DNA from: a virus
Lineage: Duplodnaviria; Caudoviricetes
Reading direction: 5' to 3' (one strand)
DNA: 58,525 nt
IMG/VR virus record: IMGVR_UViG_3300021197_001797
Span: 1 to 58,525 of that record
The notes beneath the pieces were generated by a model. The model was not told the origin of the DNA, searched no databases, and was given only the letters and a program-made list of their open reading frames with translations. Of the stretch, positions 52,411 through 58,525 are shown in pieces (the stretch's first letter is position 1; every line of letters starts with the position of its first letter). The position numbers and the translations under genes were made by a program.

Positions 52411-54989
52411 CAAATTTATCCGAATTATTACCTTCAGGTGGCGGTGCCAAAGAATTTAGTACTGTAGCTAGTGGGACTTTAGCAAATGGTCAAACGGTAG
52501 CTCTTAAAACAGACGGTAAAGTAGAGGCTGTTGGAATTTCAAGTGAAGCAGTAGGTACTACACAAACGTGGAGTGGAACGGCTGTCGCTTACAATATGAG
52601 AGCTGTTTATGATCCAGACCAACAAAAAGTCGTAATTGCATATAGATCAACTTCTGATTACGGCTATGCTATTGTAGGAGATGTAGATCCTTCTAATAAC
52701 AGCATAACTTTTGGAGCTCCTGTTCTTTGGGTAAGTAGCTTTGTTATTCCGCAAGCTATTGGATATGACACGGTTAATGATAAAATAGCAGTGTTTTATC
52801 AAGATGTTAGTTCAGGTTCTCACGGCAAATCTAGGGTGGGAACTGTCAGTGGAAATACTATCACCATTGATACTGCTGTTGGCACCTACAACGCTGGAAG
52901 CACTGAAGCTACAGAAGTAGTTTTTAACCCAGACCAAGGCGTGTTTCTTGTAATTTATAAAGATAATGCTAGTTCAGGCCGTCCTACGGGTGTGGTCGGA
53001 ACAATTTCAGGCACCTCTATTAGTTTTGGTAGCGAAGCATCACTTGATAGTAATGATACCTCGTACCTATCTATCACTTATAACACCACTACTAGTTCAT
53101 ATGTTATGGTTTACAATAGCAACGCTGTACCACAAAACATTTATTATCAAGTGCCAACAACGAGTGGAACTACTGTAACTGCTGGAACTCCAACAATAAT
53201 AACTTTAAATAGTTCTACGACAGCCAGCGGTAAATACACTACTTTATCTTCTGACAACGCAAGCAACACTGTGTTTTTAACTACTGTTAATAGCTATAAC
53301 AATAATTATGCATCATCAATTGCCGCTACACTTAGTGGTAGTACACTTACTTTCGGCACTGAAAATGTATTTTATACTAGTACAACTTATGAGTTAGGTT
53401 CAACATATGACATCGATGCTAAAAAACTTGTAGTGTCTTACTCTAAACAAGATGGAGTTGTTATTCCCGCTACGGTGTCAGGAACAACTCTAACTTTCGG
53501 ATCACCTACAACTTTTAGAAGTTCTCAAACTGGTAATCTTATAAATGTTTATGATAGTTCGCACAAAAGAGTGTTTATATCTTATGCTGAAAACAACACT
53601 GCCTATGGTGGAGCAGTAGTATATGCAGCTGAGTCTACTAACGCATCAGATTTCATAGGCATAACATCTGAGGCCATAGCCAATACAGCTACGGGGAAAG
53701 TCAATCCTCAAGGTGGGGTTGCTACGGCACAGGCAACAGGTGGTGCAACAGTAGGAACAGCTACTGAGTTCACAGGAGGTATTCCAGCAACCGATTTGAA
53801 AGGCGTTTTTACAAGTACTAGTAACAAGGTGGTTTATGCTTTTCAAAATGCAGGAACAGGGTATGGAAACGCAATAGTTTCAAACATAAATGCTTCTACT
53901 AACGCAATTACTTTTGGATCGGCTGTTTCTTACAATGCTATTTCTACTAGTTATAACAATATAGGGTTTGATGCAAATGCCCAAAGAATAGTTGCAATAT
54001 ATGCAAGCGCAGGAAATAGCTATGCGGGAGATGCACGAGTTAGTTCTGTTTCAGGAACATCTCTTGGTGGTTTTGGGGCAGTAGGAACATTTACATCTGG
54101 TTCAGATGATTATATGTCTGGAGACATTGTTTTTGATTCCAACAGCAATAAGATGGTTATAGCTTTTAGAAGAAAAGACAATAGTAATAATTATTATGGC
54201 AGCGCAGTTGTTGGAACAGTAGATTCTTCTAATGATACTATCAGTTTTGGTTCAGTTACTAATTTTTCAAACACTGATGTTTCATATGTAAATGCAACTT
54301 TTGACTCAAATTCTAACAAAGTAGTAATTGCTTATAGGGACAATAGTAATAATCATGGAACAGCAATTGTGGGAACTGTTTCTGGCACGGCTATATCTTT
54401 TCCTAACAGCGCAACAGTTTTTAATAATGCAAACACTGAAATGAACGAAGGAAAAACAATTTGTTTCGACTCTAATTCTAATAAAGTTGTTATTCCTTTT
54501 CTTTCTTCAACAGGAAAAGCTATTGTTGGCACTGTTAGTGGTAATACAATAAATTTTAATGGAACTGCCACGGCATTTTCTGGAGGTGATAATTCTAGTC
54601 AAAGTTCTACTTTCGACAGCACCTTGAATAGAGTTATTGTTCAATGGAGAGACAATTTCAATAATAGTTACGGCACGGCTTCTTCAGGAACTGTTTCTGG
54701 AGATAGTATTACTTTTGATACAGCCGTTATTGTGAGTACTAATCAAGCCGTGACAGCAGGTTCTAACTCTGCTGTTTATGACTCTAATTCTAACAGAACA
54801 TCATTAGCCCAAAGGATTGGAAACCCTGCAAGTTCTTTAGTTTTTATACCTAGTGGAGTTTTAGAGCCACTTGTTACAGGCTCAACGTACTACGTTCAAA
54901 ATGACGGAACTCTTACCACCACATCAAGCACTGTCACGGCAGGTAAAGCTATTTCAACCACTCAACTCGTTTTAAAAGGAGCATCATAA
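52407..54989 (+). CDS. Beta-propeller virion protein, paralogue 3 (two repeat blocks)
   Basis: 860 aa; second block of FDSNSNK.VI repeats lies between FIGIT and YYVQNDGT. Confidence 0.7.
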   Translation: MTNLSELLPSGGGAKEFSTVASGTLANGQTVALKTDGKVEAVGISSEAVGTTQTWSGTAVAYNMRAVYDPDQQKVVIAYRSTSDYGYAIVGDVDPSNNSITFGAPVLWVSSFVIPQAIGYDTVNDKIAVFYQDVSSGSHGKSRVGTVSGNTITIDTAVGTYNAGSTEATEVVFNPDQGVFLVIYKDNASSGRPTGVVGTISGTSISFGSEASLDSNDTSYLSITYNTTTSSYVMVYNSNAVPQNIYYQVPTTSGTTVTAGTPTIITLNSSTTASGKYTTLSSDNASNTVFLTTVNSYNNNYASSIAATLSGSTLTFGTENVFYTSTTYELGSTYDIDAKKLVVSYSKQDGVVIPATVSGTTLTFGSPTTFRSSQTGNLINVYDSSHKRVFISYAENNTAYGGAVVYAAESTNASDFIGITSEAIANTATGKVNPQGGVATAQATGGATVGTATEFTGGIPATDLKGVFTSTSNKVVYAFQNAGTGYGNAIVSNINASTNAITFGSAVSYNAISTSYNNIGFDANAQRIVAIYASAGNSYAGDARVSSVSGTSLGGFGAVGTFTSGSDDYMSGDIVFDSNSNKMVIAFRRKDNSNNYYGSAVVGTVDSSNDTISFGSVTNFSNTDVSYVNATFDSNSNKVVIAYRDNSNNHGTAIVGTVSGTAISFPNSATVFNNANTEMNEGKTICFDSNSNKVVIPFLSSTGKAIVGTVSGNTINFNGTATAFSGGDNSSQSSTFDSTLNRVIVQWRDNFNNSYGTASSGTVSGDSITFDTAVIVSTNQAVTAGSNSAVYDSNSNRTSLAQRIGNPASSLVFIPSGVLEPLVTGSTYYVQNDGTLTTTSSTVTAGKAISTTQLVLKGAS

Positions 54990-55258
54990 TGAAAACGATT
55001 GTAGAAAATGTAACGAATTTATCTAAATTTCTTTTTGAGGATGACAAGCGTGTCATAATGAAAGAAACTCAAATTGACGTTGGACCAGAAGAAAAACTAG
55101 ATTTTATTGTAGGATGTCATTCAACAAGTGATAGTACTTTGTATGAAGGTATCACTGGTCCTGAAGAAGAATGGTATGGAAATAAATGGTTTTTCGATGG
55201 GGCCACTTGGACACTAAATCCAGATTGGGTAGACCCAAGAGAAGAGATCTCTGAGTAA
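54989..55258 (+). CDS. Small tail-fibre-associated protein
   Basis: W.GNKW.FDG.TW.LNPDW C-terminus. Confidence 0.65.
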   Translation: MKTIVENVTNLSKFLFEDDKRVIMKETQIDVGPEEKLDFIVGCHSTSDSTLYEGITGPEEEWYGNKWFFDGATWTLNPDWVDPREEISE

Positions 55259-55268
55259 GGATTAAGCC

Positions 55269-55901
55269 ATGAGCTATACAATGACATACGATAGCTTGCT
55301 AGTGGACATGAGGCGTTATTTAGAACGTGGATTTACACAGGCAAGCGATCAAATAGTCTTTGATCAACTGCCTCGTTTAATTACGTTGGCAGAAAGACGG
55401 ATAGCTCGTGAGTTAAAGATTGAAGGATTTATTAGGGCTGTAACAACGCCTTTAGCTGTTGGCGTTGCAACCTATTTGAAACCTGATAGATGGCGTGACA
55501 CTGTTAGTATGACGGTTGGTGGTTCTTCTATTTTTACTAGATCCTATGAATATTGCAGAAATTATTGGCCCAATGAGGCAGAAACTGGAAAACCTCAATT
55601 TTATGCTAATTATGACTATCAACATTGGTTAATTACACCTACACCAAGTGCTGTGCAAACACTAGAAGTGATCTATTATGAGCAACCTGCTTTGTTGGGG
55701 GATGACTTTCAAAGCAATTGGCTAACAGAATATGCACCAGAAGTATTGTTGTATGCATCATTGTTAGAGGCCACACCATTTCTGAAAAATGATGAAAGAG
55801 TGCAAATGTGGCAAGCATTATATGACAGATCAGCGCAGGCACTTAATGGTCAAGATCTAGGTCGTATTCTTGACAGATCCGCACAGAGGAGTGAATCGTA
55901 A
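55269..55901 (+). CDS. Head-tail adaptor-like structural protein
   Basis: P..I.LAE.RI.R.L, G.P.FYA, P.P, NWL..YAP..LLYA.L.EA.PFLK. Confidence 0.7.
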   Translation: MSYTMTYDSLLVDMRRYLERGFTQASDQIVFDQLPRLITLAERRIARELKIEGFIRAVTTPLAVGVATYLKPDRWRDTVSMTVGGSSIFTRSYEYCRNYWPNEAETGKPQFYANYDYQHWLITPTPSAVQTLEVIYYEQPALLGDDFQSNWLTEYAPEVLLYASLLEATPFLKNDERVQMWQALYDRSAQALNGQDLGRILDRSAQRSES

Positions 55902-57103
55902 TGCCTAGTTATACTGATGTATTTGGTGGGGCTAATATTTATCCAAGTGAAATTAGCTATAGCTCTTTAAATTTAACTGCCGATATAACACTGAGTTGGC
56001 CTGAAGAAACGTCAACTAATGTCAATTTAGCCACTAGAATTATTGACGTTACACAAGCAAGTGCAGGGTTTAGTATCATTTTACCTGATGCTAAAAAAAG
56101 TGGAACGGGTAACACTATCCTTTTTAATAACAGAGGATCACACACTTTTACTGTTAAAAGTTCAGGCGGTACTTCAGTTGGTACGATTGCTTCTGGTCAA
56201 TTATGGCAAGTTTATCTCACTGATAATTCTACAGTCGATGGAACATGGGTGCTACTGCAATATGGTGCGACCACTTCTAACGCTAATGCAAGTTCATTAG
56301 CTGGTACAGGCATAGTTGCTGTCGGAACTTTGTTAAGTCAATCTGTTCCAGTAAGTTCAATAAATAGTTCCTATGTTAGCGGTGTTGATGATCGTGCAAA
56401 GATGTTCAATTTTACGGGAGCACAGGCTACTTTTACATTGCCCGACCCAACTGTAGGTGGAGACAACTGGTTTTTATATTTAAGAAACTCAGGCTCTGGT
56501 GCAATTACAGCAACACCTCCAGGATCTACAACAATTGATGGTGCTGGAACACTGGCGTTTCAGCCAGGAGAGTCAGCCATTATTGCTACTGATGGAACTA
56601 ACTTTTTTACAATTGGTTTTGGACAATCGGCAACATTTGCATTTGATTACACTGTTATAGACATTGCTGGAACTGGTGACAAAGTACTTACTGGTACAGA
56701 ACTTAACAGAGTTGCATACAGATTTACTGGTGCGTTAACTGGGGCAAGAAATATTATTGTTCCTGCTACTGTTCAACAGTATTGGATTGATAATAGAACA
56801 ACAGGTAGTCACGTTTTAACTGTTAAAGTTGCGGGACAAACTGGAGAAATTATAACTCAAGGTAGTAGAGGAATTTACTATTGTGATGGAAATGATGTTT
56901 TAGACGCTGACACATCAACTGTAGCTTTCCCTATTACTATACTTCAAGGTGGAACTGAAGCAACCACAGCAGCACAGGCAAGAATTAATTTAGGGGGAGG
57001 TAGTACGGGGATTTCATTATTTCAATCTACTACACAACCAGATGCTTGGGCTGCAATGGGCGTGGCATTGAGCGGAGTAGTTAACGGAGGGGTATTTACT
57101 TAA
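55901..57103 (+). CDS. Tail/virion structural protein (full-length allele)
   Basis: 400 aa beta-rich; FTGALTGARNIIVP module; C-terminal part duplicated at 1-701. Confidence 0.75.
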   Translation: MPSYTDVFGGANIYPSEISYSSLNLTADITLSWPEETSTNVNLATRIIDVTQASAGFSIILPDAKKSGTGNTILFNNRGSHTFTVKSSGGTSVGTIASGQLWQVYLTDNSTVDGTWVLLQYGATTSNANASSLAGTGIVAVGTLLSQSVPVSSINSSYVSGVDDRAKMFNFTGAQATFTLPDPTVGGDNWFLYLRNSGSGAITATPPGSTTIDGAGTLAFQPGESAIIATDGTNFFTIGFGQSATFAFDYTVIDIAGTGDKVLTGTELNRVAYRFTGALTGARNIIVPATVQQYWIDNRTTGSHVLTVKVAGQTGEIITQGSRGIYYCDGNDVLDADTSTVAFPITILQGGTEATTAAQARINLGGGSTGISLFQSTTQPDAWAAMGVALSGVVNGGVFT

Positions 57104-58525
57104 TGCCAATCCAAACAACAGTTTTACGTTCAGAGCCAGGAATTAAACGCGATGGCACTAAATTTGATGGTAATAACTATGTTGATGGTCAATGGGTACG
57201 TTTTCAAAGAGGATTACCTAGAAAAATAGGTGGATATAAAACCACTCAAAAGTATTTGTCTGAGGTAAGTAGAGGGTTTGCTACATTCTCACAAATGCTA
57301 TTTGTTTACTGTCATTCTGGCGGTGACAACACGTTAGAGAGATTTACATTAGATCAAACAGGCAATAGCTCTATCGTCACTGACAGAACACCTGTTTTGG
57401 CTTCTGCTTATGGAACTGTAACAATTGCAGGTGTTAGTGGTGCTGTAGATATGATCGCTGTAGACGGTGTGAACATAATGTCTGGGTCAGTGGCTTTTAA
57501 TACTGACATAAATCAAACAGCCACAGATGTTGCCTCTAATATCACTGCTTTCACAAGCACACCAAATTATACAGCTAATGCTGTTGGGGCAATCATCACA
57601 ATTACTTCTGCTACAGCAGGAGATCAGGCCAACAATTTTATTATAACAACTACTTTGACCACTTTAACAAGCACTATTGTCAACATGAATTATGGCAGTG
57701 ATGCGCTAATAACATCTATTGATAACTATTGGATGTTTGATTTTCAATATGACTCAAGCACAAATCAAAATTATGTGTTAGCACAGGTTAGCCCAAATGG
57801 TGATTGTATTTGTAATGATCAAGACGGACAAATATTTTTTGGCGAAGTGCTAGGAACGGATGTTTTAAGGTCTGTTTCACTGCCAGCTAATACTAATGTA
57901 ACAGGCGGTATTGTTTCGTTGCACCCATATCTTTTTTACTATGGGACTGATGGAATAATTGGTTGGAGCATTCCAGGAAATCCCACAGATCTTTTAGGAA
58001 CAGGGTCAGGAAATGCACGAGTGTGGGGTCAAAAAATAATAAAAGGGCTTCCACTTAGAGCAGGTTCAGGAACAGCTCCTGCGGGTATATTCTGGGCGTT
58101 TGACGCTGTGATTAGAGCTACTTTCGTAGGGGGAGCTTCTGTATTTCAATTTGATATTGTGGCAACAGATACTAGTATTTTGTCACCATTTAGCCCAATA
58201 GATTATGACGGTGTGTTTTACTGGGCTGGTGTGGATCGTTTTTATATGTTTAACGGAGTGGTTAGAGAAGTACCTAACTCATTGAATTTAAATTACTTTT
58301 TTGATGGAATTAATCGCAATGCGGCAACAAAATGTTTCTCATATAAAGTTCCAAGATTTGGTGAAATATGGTGGGCATATCCAAAAGGCACAGCCACAGA
58401 ATGCACGCACGCTGTAGTTTATAACATTCGTGAAAATACATGGTATGACACAGAACTTCCTAATGATGGTCGATCAGCAGGTCAGTTTAACAATTCATTT
58501 GCCGCACCTATATTAACGGGCGTGC
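56403..58525. repeat. Right copy of the diverged terminal duplication
   Basis: See 1-2123. Confidence 0.95.
57103..58525 (+). CDS. Tail nozzle protein, 3'-truncated allele of 701-2887 (absent from the ORF track)
   Basis: ATG 57103 MPIQTTVLRSEPGIKRDG; colinear with 701-2123 to the window end. Confidence 0.85.
   Translation, partial: MPIQTTVLRSEPGIKRDGTKFDGNNYVDGQWVRFQRGLPRKIGGYKTTQKYLSEVSRGFATFSQMLFVYCHSGGDNTLERFTLDQTGNSSIVTDRTPVLASAYGTVTIAGVSGAVDMIAVDGVNIMSGSVAFNTDINQTATDVASNITAFTSTPNYTANAVGAIITITSATAGDQANNFIITTTLTTLTSTIVNMNYGSDALITSIDNYWMFDFQYDSSTNQNYVLAQVSPNGDCICNDQDGQIFFGEVLGTDVLRSVSLPANTNVTGGIVSLHPYLFYYGTDGIIGWSIPGNPTDLLGTGSGNARVWGQKIIKGLPLRAGSGTAPAGIFWAFDAVIRATFVGGASVFQFDIVATDTSILSPFSPIDYDGVFYWAGVDRFYMFNGVVREVPNSLNLNYFFDGINRNAATKCFSYKVPRFGEIWWAYPKGTATECTHAVVYNIRENTWYDTELPNDGRSAGQFNNSFAAPILTGV

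Noticed and set aside
49445-54989. Diversity-generating retroelement or invertible tail cassette
   Set aside because: No reverse transcriptase, recombinase or adenine-specific template/variable repeat pair seen
1-58525. Prophage, tRNA or rRNA genes
   Set aside because: No integrase, repressor or host genes; intergenic gaps are short with no cloverleaf seen by eye (tRNAscan-SE not run)

Overview
Near-complete genome (unit length about 56.4 kb) of a lytic tailed dsDNA phage, probably a marine podovirus; the host cannot be determined from the sequence. The + strand carries packaging, head and tail genes (29.9-58.5 kb, continuing at 1-12.6 kb): TerS, TerL, portal, GroES, scaffold, Mu-gpT-like major capsid protein, tail fibres, three paralogous beta-propeller proteins, internal ejection proteins and a lysis cassette. 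The middle carries a leftward replication and nucleotide-metabolism arm (DUF932, SNF2 helicase, nuclease, DnaE, DnaQ-like exonuclease) and a rightward arm (SSB-like protein, Prim-Pol helicase). Positions 56403-58525 repeat 1-2123 as a diverged allele and only the last 127 bp are identical, which points to a two-strain assembly bubble and not a true terminal repeat. The top candidate for a new system is a cluster beside DnaE: a non-canonical ThyX, HAD phosphatase, Nmad1-like pyrophosphatase, SDR, VOC-fold enzyme and UGM-like flavoprotein, which probably makes an unusual modified pyrimidine. Other leads are a recurring xx[KRE]GG motif in at least 8 late proteins, a conserved promoter-leader element (AACTTAGAA), a pseudoknotted RNA after the capsid gene, a free-standing copy of the primase-helicase C-terminal domain, and a type-1-copper-like motif in a tail protein. 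No integrase, tRNA or CRISPR array was seen. All family calls come from motif recognition by eye, not database searches.
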